64,000 nt of DNA from an uncultured Verrucomicrobiae bacterium (GCA_963847295.1 CAWJZG010000011.1:2639-66638); one strand, 5' to 3'. Counted from the first letter of the stretch, positions 1-8,773 are shown. Numbers and translations are program-made. The notes: generated by a model not told the origin, from the sequence alone.

Positions 1-2042
1 CATGGGAGAATTTTAAGGAACCATTGAGCCGGGAAACGAGCCCTGCATGCACAGCCTCGTAGAGTAACGCGTCGAGCGTTTGGCCAGACTTGCGATTTAA
101 GAGGCTGATAGTGGACATTGCCGCGCTATTCCCAAGACAGGCGAGCTGCTTCAAGATCTGGAGCGTCGGGTCGGGAAGACGGTCCAGTTTCGCTGTGACC
201 AGCTCTGAGATATTGTTAGTGAAGCGCCTGGTGCGCAGCTCTTCAATATCCCATGTCCACGCGGCGCTCGCTGGGTCAAGGACGAGCAATTTTTCTTCGG
301 CCAGCGCTTTGAGGAATTGGATCGCGAAGAAGGGATTACCATCTGTCTTCTCGTGGACTAGCTGGGCCAGAAGCTTAGCGCGATCGGGCTCCGTGGGAAG
401 GGAATCGGTGACAAGCTGAGTGAGGTCGCGAAGCGAAAGCGGCCTAAGGGCAATTTCCCGAACTTCTATTCCGGTATTGCGAAGCCTCTCCAGCGTTTGC
501 CGGAGCGGATCCGCAGCGCTTACCTCGTTGCTACGGTAAGCTCCAATCAGCAGCACATGCCGGAATTCCGGGTCGGTAAATAAATGCTCAAGTAAGTGCA
601 GAGTTCCCGCGTCAGCCCATTGCAGATCATCCAGAAATAAGGCAAGAGGATGTTCCGGTGCTGCAAAGGTGCCCAGGAAGCGCCGAAAGGTTATCTTAAA
701 TCGGTTGCGCGCATCCTGGGGTGGAAGGTCCGGGACGGCCGGCTGTTTGCCGATAATGAGTTCAATTTCGGGGAGTAGATTGCTAACGAGCCGACCGTTG
801 GTTCCCAGCGCTTCCACTAATCTGTCTCGCCATCGGCTGACTTCACGATCACTCTTGCTCAAGATCTGGCGGATCAGCATCTGAAACGCTTGGGCAATCG
901 TTGTATAGGGAATGTCCTTCTTATCTCGATCGAATTTTCCTGATGCGAAGAGTCCGCCAAGCGCTTCAAAATGCTTGGGCAGTTGACTCACAACGGCGGA
1001 TTTGCCAATGCCGGAGCAGCCCGACACCAGCAGCAATTCCGGCTTGCCATCAGACGCTACCCGCTTAAATGCCGACAGCAATGTCTCGATGTAGGAATCC
1101 CTGCCGTAAAGCTTCTCCGAGATCGAAAGCTGGTCTGGAACATCGTGCATTCCGAGCGGAAACGTGGCGATTTGTCCACCCGACTCCAGCATCTCGAGAC
1201 ACTTCCTTAAGTCTTTCTCTACACCCGTGGCAGTCTGATAACGCTCCTCTGGCATTTTCGCGAGGAGCTTCATGATGATGGCGGAGAGTTGCGTCGGGAC
1301 CGTTTTTGCACGCTCGTTTGGCGGCATTGGCTGGACGGCGAGATGGCAATGAATCCATTCCATCGGATCCGTGGCCATAAAGGGAAGCATCCCCGTCACC
1401 ATTCTGTACAGCAACACACCGTAGCTATAGAGATCGCTTCGAGAATCGGTCGGGCGGTTCATGCGTCCAGTCTGTTCAGGGGCCAAGGAGCCCAGAGTTG
1501 CACCCACTGGCTCCGGAGCTCCGGACCCTTCTCTCGTCGAACGTGGTGCTATATATGCACCAACTAACCGGGCCTCTCCGGTGCCGAAGTCTACGAAAAC
1601 ATTGCTGGCATTGAGATTCCTATGAATAAAGCCGACGGCATGGCAACGGCCAAGCGCGGACGCTATGCCAATGCCAATCTTCAAAGCCAGCGGTAGCTCC
1701 AGAGGGCGGTCGAGGCCCTGTTCAAGAACAATTCCACCTGGATCTTCCAACAGCAGTGCGGGTCGCCCGTTTCGCCATGCGATGGCTAGCGGTCGAGCGA
1801 ACCACGCCGAATCCAACTTCTCATGCAGCGAATGCAGGTCCTCAAGCAGCCGAATGGCAGCAGGTGAGGGCGGCTCAGAAGTCGGTGTTAGTACGTAACA
1901 GCGATTCAGAACCGCCCGGCGGCGCCTCGCGAGAGAGGACGAAGTCTGCGTCCTCCCATAACTTCTGAACCGGGCGCCAATCCCTCTTCCATCGGTCAAT
2001 GCCTCCGCGCTCGGTGAGTATCTCTCCAAGAAGAGCGTTCAT
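1..2042 (-). pseudogene. Ser/Thr-kinase-like domain fused to an AAA/NTPase regulator. N-terminal ~680 codons only (runs off the left edge), with a 1-nt frameshift near 1895.
   Basis: Own minus-strand translation from ATG 2042..2040 gives MNALLGEILTERGG..LWEDADFVLSREAPPGGSESLL. The frame then changes (extra C at about 1895) to VLTPTSEPPSP..HAVGFIHRNLNASNVFVD..LAPEQTGRMNR..LLLVSGCSGIGKSAVV (Walker A)..LFLDDLQWAD and stays open to position 1. It is absent from the ORF track because it has no in-window stop. Confidence 0.6.
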
Positions 2043-2626
2043 TGTCGTTGCCCCGCAAGAAGCGGCTCGCTGGGACCATCCGCCGGGGGAACCGGATCGA
2101 CGGAGGGATCGAGGTTACTCCAATAATGCGTTGCATCCTGAGTGCGGTCTGGTTCCATGTAAAATACACTCTACTCGCTGTTAGCTCAGCCTCAATGGTC
2201 GCAACACGACTCTGGTGCTCGTTTTGCATCTAGTTCTTTAACCTGGAGACATCACCTGTATCACCAGTGGCTCTAAGTAAACTCGCATCCTGCGATACAT
2301 GCAAAATTGCAAATGGCAGCTTTTCTGATGCCGCTAACGGAGGAGATTGAACTCCCTCCTTCGAGGTATCCAGCGGCCGGCTAGAGGGTTCCGTGGCCGC
2401 GTCCGCGGTGAATGGAGACCGTAGCGTGTCTTCATGCAATTGACGCAATCGCGAACGTAGACGAACCGGCTTCCGAAGCGTGAGCGAGTAGCAGACGAGC
2501 CGCCTCGTGTACCCGAAAATTGCTCCGAGAATAGGGATTTTGATGTTCGTTTGGTGTCCGTTTCCGGCGCTGCCGCCTCGTAACATGCTACTGCAATTCT
2601 GGTGAAAAGAGGCGGGGTCGTCGAGG

Positions 2627-2835
2627 GTCGCAAAGAAGTCCGCTGCCAAGCGGGTCGCGTGCGAAGGCGGCCAAACCGCGCAAGGCGGTCGCCAAGTCAG
2701 CAGCCCGCAAGCCCATAACGGCCGCCAAGCCGACCCTCCTCTCGGGCGGCAACCCTCAGATCGTGAAGGCCGACGGCGACGCCCCGTGCAGGCCTACATC
2801 GCGGCCATGCCGGGCGACGGGCGGCGTTCGGCAGG
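2627..2835 (+). pseudogene. DUF1801 (YdhG-like) protein, N-terminal fragment with two compensating frameshifts
   Basis: Three frame segments read VAKKSAAKRVA, then AKAAKPRKAVAKSAARKPITAAKPTLLSGGNPQIVKADGDAP, then VQAYIAAMPGD. This pattern is typical of a DUF1801 N-terminus, and the similarity then stops. Confidence 0.4.
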
Positions 2836-2942
2836 TCGAAGAGCGTTTCCTCACGTTCGGGGTAGTGTCGTAAGAGGACGATGAGCCATGCGTCAAGCAC
2901 ACCTATGAAGGTGGAGCTCGGTTCGTGAACGCCGATTCCTGC

Positions 2943-2967
2943 TTACAATAATACGCTATTATTGTAA
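2943..2967. repeat. AT-rich perfect inverted repeat TTACAATAATA-CGC-TATTATTGTAA
   Basis: Read directly: 11-bp arms and a 3-nt spacer, in an otherwise GC-rich stretch about 90 bp beyond the stop of the relaxase remnant. Confidence 0.85.
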
Positions 2968-3056
2968 TTCTGCGCTCCGGCTCCCGATGAAGAACGATGA
3001 ACGCGCCTCGGCAGTTTTCAAATAAAGGGTGCATACAATAGGGACACTCTTTGGGG

Positions 3057-3765
3057 CTAGATGCACTGACTGAGATGTTTTTGCGCGGGCGCAATTCGCA
3101 TCCGGGCGGCCGATGACCGATTTAGTTGCGTGGCGGGGCGCTGTGCCAGGTTTATGGAAAGCTGCTTCCATGCTCTGACACGGTTAACGATGGAGGCGTT
3201 TTTAGGGAGAATTTCTGAGAGCACATCCAGTGCGGCACGGCGATTTCCCTCCGGTAATCTTTCGATTAGACGCGCCTTGTCGGGAGTGTGGACGACGCAG
3301 GACTTGCGCCCTCGAGAGCACGCTACGTAGGCGCCTTTCGAGGTAAGACGCTCCGCCGCGATTACGACGTGATCCGAAGTTCGCGCTTGGGCCTTGTGCG
3401 ACGTAACGACGTAGCCGTGGCACCACTCCCTAAAATCTGTCGTGCGCTAGCGACATCGAAGGAATCAGGGCGGCGCAAATCCAGGACCATTTCTTTCCTA
3501 GAAGCAAGAGCTACGACGACTTTCTTTTTCTCGATGCGCACGACTGTTCCGGAAGGGCTGGGCGATTGCGCGCCGGTGCAAAGGTCACCACTTGCCCTGG
3601 TTCATAGTGTTGCCAGTTCCCCTTCTGTTGATTGGTCCAGCGAAGCGACTCATGGATCTCAAACTCCTCGTGCGGGGAGCACGCCGCGTTCTTTCAGGCC
3701 TTTGCGGATCGAGTCAGTAAACCTATGATTCTCCTCCCAGATAAACGATACGGCCAGGCAGCGAT
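3057..3765 (-). pseudogene. TrwC/MobF-type conjugative relaxase-helicase, C-terminal remnant with several frameshifts
   Basis: Own translation gives these segments: TDSIRKGLKERGVLP; EEFEIHESLRWTNQQKGNWQHYEPGQVVTF; GTVVRIEKKKVVVALASRKEMVLDLRRPDSFDVASARQILGSG; and a clean 120-codon frame 3419..3057 reading HGYVVTSHKAQARTSDHVVIAAERLTSKGAYVACSRGRKSCVVHTPDKARLIERLPEGNRRAALDVL. The last segment fits the HxQG.T.D...YVA.SR...T.D pattern of relaxase-associated helicase C-termini. Confidence 0.5.
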
Positions 3766-3768
3766 CTA

Positions 3769-4170
3769 GGATTGGCGCTGTCGCGCCTCGCCAGACGATA
3801 AAGCTGTCTGGCTCCTGAGGTAGGATTGGCTTCGCCGGTCTCCGCTTCGCTCCGGCACGAACCCAAGGCTTCGAATCCCGAAGGATTGGCGCTGTCGCGC
3901 CTCGCCAGACGATAAAGCTGTCTGGCTCCTGAGGTAGGATTGGCTTCGCCGGTCTCCGCTTCGCTCCGGCACGAACCCAAGGCTTCGAATCCCGAAGGAT
4001 TGGCGCTGTCGCGCCTCGCCAGACGATAAAGCTGTCTGGCTCCTGAGGTAGGATTGGCTTCGCCGGTCTCCGCTTCGCTCCGGCACGAACCCAAGGGCTT
4101 CGAATCCCGAAGGATTGGCGCTGTCGCGCCTCGCCAGACGATAAAGCTGTCTGGCTCCTGAGGTAGGATT
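3769..4170. repeat. Tandem repeat of 3 full units (114, 114, 115 bp) plus a 59-bp partial unit that merges into tRNA-Asn
   Basis: Units start at 3769, 3883, 3997 and 4112. They are identical apart from one extra G in unit 3. Each unit consists of the 40-nt tRNA trailer, the exact last 19 nt of tRNA-Asn including CCA, a 30-nt insert, and then CGAACC plus about 20 nt. Confidence 0.9.
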
Positions 4171-4226
4171 CGAACCTACGACCAATCGGTTAACAGCCGA
4201 CCGCTCTACCGCTGAGCTACTCAGGA
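4152..4226 (-). tRNA. tRNA-Asn (anticodon GTT), CCA encoded
   Basis: Manual cloverleaf: TCCTGAG TA GCTC AGCGGTA GAGC G GTCGG CTGTTAA CCGAT TGGTC GTAGG TTCGAAT CCTAC CTCAGGA G CCA. All stems pair. Confidence 0.9.
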
Positions 4227-4254
4227 TTCGCGGGATAAAGAGTTGGTTAGGAAA
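4215..4254. repeat. 40-nt direct repeat, copy 1 (tRNA-Asn 5' end plus upstream region)
   Basis: AGCTACTCAGGATTCGCGGGATAAAGAGTTGGTTAGGAAA is identical to 4626..4665. Confidence 0.9.
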
Positions 4255-4273
4255 CCCGCAAACTACCGAGTTG

Positions 4274-4561
4274 TCAAGGTAGCGACGGCGGATTTGCAAC
4301 CCATGCAGCGAGTCTCTCCTTGATCCACTCTCGGCCATGTCCCGTTTTAAAGAAGCGTTCTCTCTTCATTGCGTCGGCCCGTGATCCGTGCGACTCCCAA
4401 TGAACAACGATCCACGGCCCAAGCCGTCTCTTGGTGTGCAGAGTCCGCCGATTATTGGGATCGTTGTGCTCCTCGATCCTACGACGCAAGTCCTCTGTTT
4501 GTCCCACGTAGGTTTTTCCCGTTGACTCGCTGACGAGAACGTAGGTGAAAACGACTTGCAT
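4274..4561 (-). CDS. GIY-YIG nuclease family protein (small UPF0213/YhbQ-like, 95 aa)
   Basis: ATG at 4561. MQVVFTYVLVSESTGKTYVGQTEDLRRRIEEHN carries the GIY-YIG signature (YVL..YVGQT..RR..EHN). Confidence 0.8.
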   Translation of the reverse strand: MQVVFTYVLVSESTGKTYVGQTEDLRRRIEEHNDPNNRRTLHTKRRLGPWIVVHWESHGSRADAMKRERFFKTGHGREWIKERLAAWVANPPSLP

Positions 4562-4567
4562 GTGCTC

Positions 4568-4637
4568 CGAACCTACGATTCGCCGCGGCGAATTAACAGC
4601 CGACCGCTCTATTCGCCGCGGCGAAAGCTACTCAGGA
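4568..4637 (-). pseudogene. Degenerate tRNA-Asn copy (5' two thirds), with loop segments replaced by palindromes and no 3' end
   Basis: The sense strand reads TCCTGAGTAGCT[TTCGCCGCGGCGAA]TAGAGCGGTCGGCTGTTAA[TTCGCCGCGGCGAA]TCGTAGGTTCG. Outside the brackets it matches the true tRNA. Homology ends after GGTTCG of the T-loop. Confidence 0.75.
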
Positions 4638-4665
4638 TTCGCGGGATAAAGAGTTGGTTAGGAAA
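4626..4665. repeat. 40-nt direct repeat, copy 2
   Basis: Identical to 4215..4254, offset 411 bp. Confidence 0.9.
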
Positions 4666-4729
4666 ACCTGGAGTCCGGCACTCAAAGTTGCGAGCGCAGG
4701 GTCGTGAGTGCGCTAAGTTGTTCGATGGC

Positions 4730-5698
4730 ATGAAAGCTGTCGTGATTTCGCGTCCGGGTCCGCCGGACGTTCTCAAGATCGAAGAGCGGCCCAAGCCTAT
4801 TCTTGATGCGGGAAAGGTGGTGATTCGCGTGAAGGCGGCGGGGTTGAATCGCGCCGACTTGATTCAACGTGAAGGACGCTACCCTGCCCCGCCGGATGCG
4901 CCCGCCGATATCCCCGGTCTCGAGGTCGCAGGTGTGATCGAGAAGGCCGGAGCGGATGTGCGGCGCTGGAAGATTGGCGATGCCGTGTGCGCGCTGCTTT
5001 CGGGCGGAGGCTATGCCGAATATGTGGCGGTCAAGGCTGGTCATTGCCTGCCCGTACCAGGAGGATGGAGCTTCACGGAAGCGGCGACATTACCCGAAGC
5101 CGTGTTCACCGTTTGGCACAATGTATTCCAACGCGGGCGACTTCAACCGGGAGAGCGTTTTTTGGTGCATGGCGGGAGCAGTGGCATTGGACTTGCAGCC
5201 ATCCAACTCGTCTCAGCGCACAAGGCGCGCGCGTTCGCGACCGCGGGCAGCGACGAGAAGTGCCGGGCTTGTGAGTTGGCGGGCGCCGAACGCGCGATCA
5301 ATTACCGCAACGAAGATTTCGAGACGGCGCTGAAAGGCGAAGGGCTGGACGTGATCCTCGACATGGTCGGCGGCGACTATGTGGCGAAAAATTTGAGACT
5401 GCTGCGGTCGGAGGGCCGGCTCGTGTTCATCAACGCAATGAACGGAGCTAGGGGAGAGTTCAACGCGCAAGACATCATGGCACGACGCATCACGATCACC
5501 GGGAGCACACTGCGCAGCCGCCCAAGCGGATTCAAGAGCGCGCTCGCGGCCGAGGTCGAGCAGCACGTCTGGCCGCTGATCGAAGCGGGAAAGTTTCGGG
5601 CAAATGTTTTTGCGGCCTTTCGCCTCGACAAAGCTGTCGAGGCACAGGATTTGATGGAAAGCGGCCGGCACGTCGGGAAGATTGTGCTCGTAGTTTAG
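4730..5698 (+). CDS. NADPH:quinone oxidoreductase (zeta-crystallin-type MDR)
   Basis: ORF 4556..5698 trimmed to ATG 4730, because the upstream part reads through the tRNA-like repeat. MKAVVISRPGPPDVLKIEERP, GGYAEY, and the nucleotide-binding motif LVHGGSSGIGLAAIQL. Confidence 0.85.
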   Translation: MKAVVISRPGPPDVLKIEERPKPILDAGKVVIRVKAAGLNRADLIQREGRYPAPPDAPADIPGLEVAGVIEKAGADVRRWKIGDAVCALLSGGGYAEYVAVKAGHCLPVPGGWSFTEAATLPEAVFTVWHNVFQRGRLQPGERFLVHGGSSGIGLAAIQLVSAHKARAFATAGSDEKCRACELAGAERAINYRNEDFETALKGEGLDVILDMVGGDYVAKNLRLLRSEGRLVFINAMNGARGEFNAQDIMARRITITGSTLRSRPSGFKSALAAEVEQHVWPLIEAGKFRANVFAAFRLDKAVEAQDLMESGRHVGKIVLVV

Positions 5699-5804
5699 CT
5701 GGCGTCGGTTAGCGACGTCCTCGCCACCCTTGGCAAATCCGTTTGAGCGAGTTGCCTGCCTGATTGTGGCTCCTTGATTGCAAAGCCTCGCGAGACCAAA
5801 GCTT

Positions 5805-6851
5805 TCAAGGCAACGCAGCGGGAGTTTCATCGCTCTCCCTCTCAGCGCTGTTGATCGCGTCGATCAACAGCCGGATGGTGCCAAAATCGCGCTTGTGCGG
5901 GGTAAGGACGATCCGGTGAAAATGCGCAAGATGCGTATCATCGGCTTCCTCAGGCAGGGCGGCGCTCTGGACGATCCTGTCCGCGGCAAGCAATGCGTCG
6001 AAGTCTTTGTTGAGCTGGTCAATCGCAGATTCTCGCAGTCGATGATTGATCCGAATCACCATCCTGGCCTTCACCCAGCGGTACGAATGAAAATTGTGAT
6101 AAAATTGCGCCACCTCCCGAATAGTCTCTTCCAAGCCGCGGGTAATCTTGAATAGGTTGAGATCGCTTGGAGAAATGAGCCTTTGCTCGAGCAGATCATT
6201 GATCACAAATCGCCGCCAGGTCTCCCAGTAGTGGCCGTTGGGACGGTCGAGCAATACCATTGGGACGATCGGGCTCTTTCCTGTCTGCATGAGAGTCAGG
6301 ACTTCGCAACCTTCATCGTGCGTGCCGAACCCGCCAGGGAGCAGCACAAAGGCGTGCGTTTCCTTCACAAAATGGAGCTTCCTTGTGAAGAAATAGCGGA
6401 AGTTGATCAGTTTCGGATCTCCATGGATCGTTTCGTTCGCGCGCTGTTCGAACGGCAGCCGGATGTTGAGACCAAAGCTCTTCGCGGCGCCCGCCCCCTC
6501 CTGGGCCGCACCCATGATCCCATCGCCCCCTCCAGTAATGACCATCCAATCGAGCTCCACCATGCGGCGGGAAAATTCCCTTGCGAGTTTGTATTCCTCC
6601 GCATCGGATCTTGTTCGAGCGCTGCCGAAAACGGCCACTTTGCGGATCCCTTGATAGTTTCCGAAAACGGTTGATGCGTGGCGCAATTCACGCATCGCAC
6701 GATTGTAGAGCTTGAGATCGGCGATGGCTGTCTTGTCCTTCCCGAACCGAAGAACATTCTCAATCATTTCTTCCAGGATCTCGCCCTGTCTTCCCTGAGC
6801 AACTTCAGCCACGAGATCTTTGATTCGGGGGTCCTTCACTTTTTCTTTCAT
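5805..6851 (-). CDS. LOG-family nucleotide 5'-monophosphate nucleosidase, long PpnN-like form
   Basis: Trimmed to ATG 6851 (MKEKVKDP). LOG motifs ITGGGDGIMG and LLPGGFGTHDE, plus a C-terminal extension of about 120 aa. Confidence 0.75.
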   Translation of the reverse strand: MKEKVKDPRIKDLVAEVAQGRQGEILEEMIENVLRFGKDKTAIADLKLYNRAMRELRHASTVFGNYQGIRKVAVFGSARTRSDAEEYKLAREFSRRMVELDWMVITGGGDGIMGAAQEGAGAAKSFGLNIRLPFEQRANETIHGDPKLINFRYFFTRKLHFVKETHAFVLLPGGFGTHDEGCEVLTLMQTGKSPIVPMVLLDRPNGHYWETWRRFVINDLLEQRLISPSDLNLFKITRGLEETIREVAQFYHNFHSYRWVKARMVIRINHRLRESAIDQLNKDFDALLAADRIVQSAALPEEADDTHLAHFHRIVLTPHKRDFGTIRLLIDAINSAERESDETPAALP

Positions 6852-6921
6852 AACAAAAACTTGTGCTGGAAGATTGGCGCAAGTCGCACCCCACTTCCGG
6901 CTCGCGTTAAAATCCGAACCC

Positions 6922-7959
6922 ATGATCATAGTCATTCGTCCCCGAGCGTCAAAAGAACAAATCGCCCAGGTCATCTCCGAGGTCGAAAAACTCGGCTACA
7001 CGCCCGCCCCGATCCACGGCGCCACCCAGACGGTGGTGGCGGCGATTGGTGACGAACGCACGCATGCCAACCTCGAATCGCTCACCGCGTTGCCACAGGT
7101 CGAAAGCGTGCTGCGCGTTCAAAAGCGATATAAATTGGCCAGCCGGGAATCGCATCCAGAGAATACGGTAGTCAACGCCGCGGGCGTCGAAATCGGCGGG
7201 AAAGGCTTTTGCCTCATGGCCGGACCCTGCTCGGTGGAAAGCGAAGACCAGCTTCTTAGCACGGCCGCGGCGGTGAGTGCGGCCGGCGCGACCGTGCTGC
7301 GGGGCGGCGCTTACAAACCGCGCACCTCCCCGTACGAGTTCCAAGGCCTCGGCAAGGAGGGCCTGCGGTTGCTAGCCCTCGCGCGCGAGAAAACCGGTCT
7401 TAAGATCATCACCGAGGTGCTCAGCGAACGTGACGTTGAACACGTTGCGGAGGTCGCGGACATCCTTCAAATCGGAGCGCGGAACGGGCAGAACTTTCAG
7501 CTTCTTATCGAAGCGGCCAGAAGCGGCAAGCCGATCCTGCTCAAGCGCGGAATGAACGAACGCATCGAGGAATGGCTGCTCGCGGCCGAATACATCCTGG
7601 CGCATGGAAATCCCAACGTCCTCCTCTGCGAGCGCGGCATCCGAACCTTCGAGACTTACACCCGGAATACTCTTGATTTGGCAGCGGTCGCCGTCGCCAA
7701 GAAAGAATCTCACCTCCCCGTCATCGTGGACCCCAGCCAGGGTTGCGGCCGGGCGGACCTTGTGATCGCACTTTGCTGCGGCGCGGTGGCCACAGGCGCC
7801 GACGGACTGCTCGTCGAAGTGCATCCGAATCCCGCCGAGGCTCTGAGTGACGGCCAGCAACAGGTGGACTTCGCCTCTTTTCGAAAGCTCGCGGAGGCAA
7901 TTCAACCCTTCCTGGCGGCGGCGAATAGAACGAGGCAGTCGCTTGACGAAGTTGGGTAA
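6922..7959 (+). CDS. aroF: 3-deoxy-7-phosphoheptulonate (DAHP) synthase, class I-beta with an N-terminal regulatory domain
   Basis: Trimmed to ATG 6922. MIIVIRPRASKEQIAQV forms a ferredoxin-like domain, followed by GPCSVES, LRGGAYKPRTSPYEFQG and VDPSQG. Confidence 0.9.
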   Translation: MIIVIRPRASKEQIAQVISEVEKLGYTPAPIHGATQTVVAAIGDERTHANLESLTALPQVESVLRVQKRYKLASRESHPENTVVNAAGVEIGGKGFCLMAGPCSVESEDQLLSTAAAVSAAGATVLRGGAYKPRTSPYEFQGLGKEGLRLLALAREKTGLKIITEVLSERDVEHVAEVADILQIGARNGQNFQLLIEAARSGKPILLKRGMNERIEEWLLAAEYILAHGNPNVLLCERGIRTFETYTRNTLDLAAVAVAKKESHLPVIVDPSQGCGRADLVIALCCGAVATGADGLLVEVHPNPAEALSDGQQQVDFASFRKLAEAIQPFLAAANRTRQSLDEVG

Positions 7960-8051
7960 GCTGAAGGACGGGAATGTTGGGTCCTCCCTGTAGCCGCTCT
8001 GCAGTCGATTCAGATTCCGCCGCGCGGAGAAAACGTCACCGTGCGAGGCTG

Positions 8052-8723
8052 TTACTCGCCATCTTCGTAATACTTCTCGCCCAGCGTGATTTTTGGCCTT
8101 CCGTTGGCGACACGCCATTTATTGGTATCGCGAAGGGAATAGACACAGCCACAATACTCCTGCATATAAAACTGCTCGCGCTTGGAGATTTCCACCATCC
8201 GCTGCGCACCGCCTTTCTTGCGCCAGTTTAGCGTCCAATAGATCATCCCCGGGTAACGCGACGCCGCGCGCTCACCACACGCGTTGATCTGTTCCATGTT
8301 TTTCCAGCGCGAAATACCCAGACAGCTTGTAATGACTGGAAAGCCGTTTTCGTGCGCGTAAAGAGCAGTTCGCTCGAATCGCATATCGAAGCATACCGTG
8401 CAACGCGCGCCACGCTCGGGTTCCCATTCGAGGCCCTTCGCGCGAGCAAACCAGTCGTGGGTATCGTAGTCCGCATCGACAAAGGGAATGGAATGCTTTT
8501 CTGCAAACCGGATGTTCTCGACCTTGCGCAGTTCATATTCCTCCCGCGGGTGAATGTTTGGATTGTAGAAATACACAGTCAAACCGAGACCGGAGGCGCG
8601 CACCGCTTCGATCACCTCACCTGAACACGGAGCGCAACAGGAATGCAGAAGCACCTTCTTGTGCCCTTCTGGCACATTAAGGATTGGGCGTTGAAAATCC
8701 TTCAACGAGAGCGCGGAAGCCAT
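8052..8723 (-). CDS. queH: Epoxyqueuosine reductase QueH (DUF208)
   Basis: ATG at 8723. [29 protein letters not shown]. Confidence 0.9.
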   Translation of the reverse strand: MASALSLKDFQRPILNVPEGHKKVLLHSCCAPCSGEVIEAVRASGLGLTVYFYNPNIHPREEYELRKVENIRFAEKHSIPFVDADYDTHDWFARAKGLEWEPERGARCTVCFDMRFERTALYAHENGFPVITSCLGISRWKNMEQINACGERAASRYPGMIYWTLNWRKKGGAQRMVEISKREQFYMQEYCGCVYSLRDTNKWRVANGRPKITLGEKYYEDGE

Positions 8724-8773
8724 CGAATTACTTTTCGAGCAAGATCATCTCGGCGTCAATCGCTGTAATGACC

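Noticed and set aside
2230-2649. ORFs 2230..2649 and 2334..2633 on the minus strand as genes
   Set aside because: They have a TTG start, no recognisable motif and overlapping alternative frames, and they lie in a region full of gene fragments. The evidence is insufficient.
3769-4170. Possible CRISPR array
   Set aside because: The units are contiguous and essentially identical, with no variable spacers, and each contains a tRNA 3'-end copy. This is a tandem repeat, not repeat-spacer architecture.
3723-4338. ORFs 3723..4094 and 3766..4338, which encode internally repeated proteins (GSCRSEAETGEANPTSGARQLYRLARRDSANPSGFEAL x3)
   Set aside because: They are simply translations of the 114-bp tandem repeat and run through the tRNA-Asn gene. 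There is no independent coding evidence.
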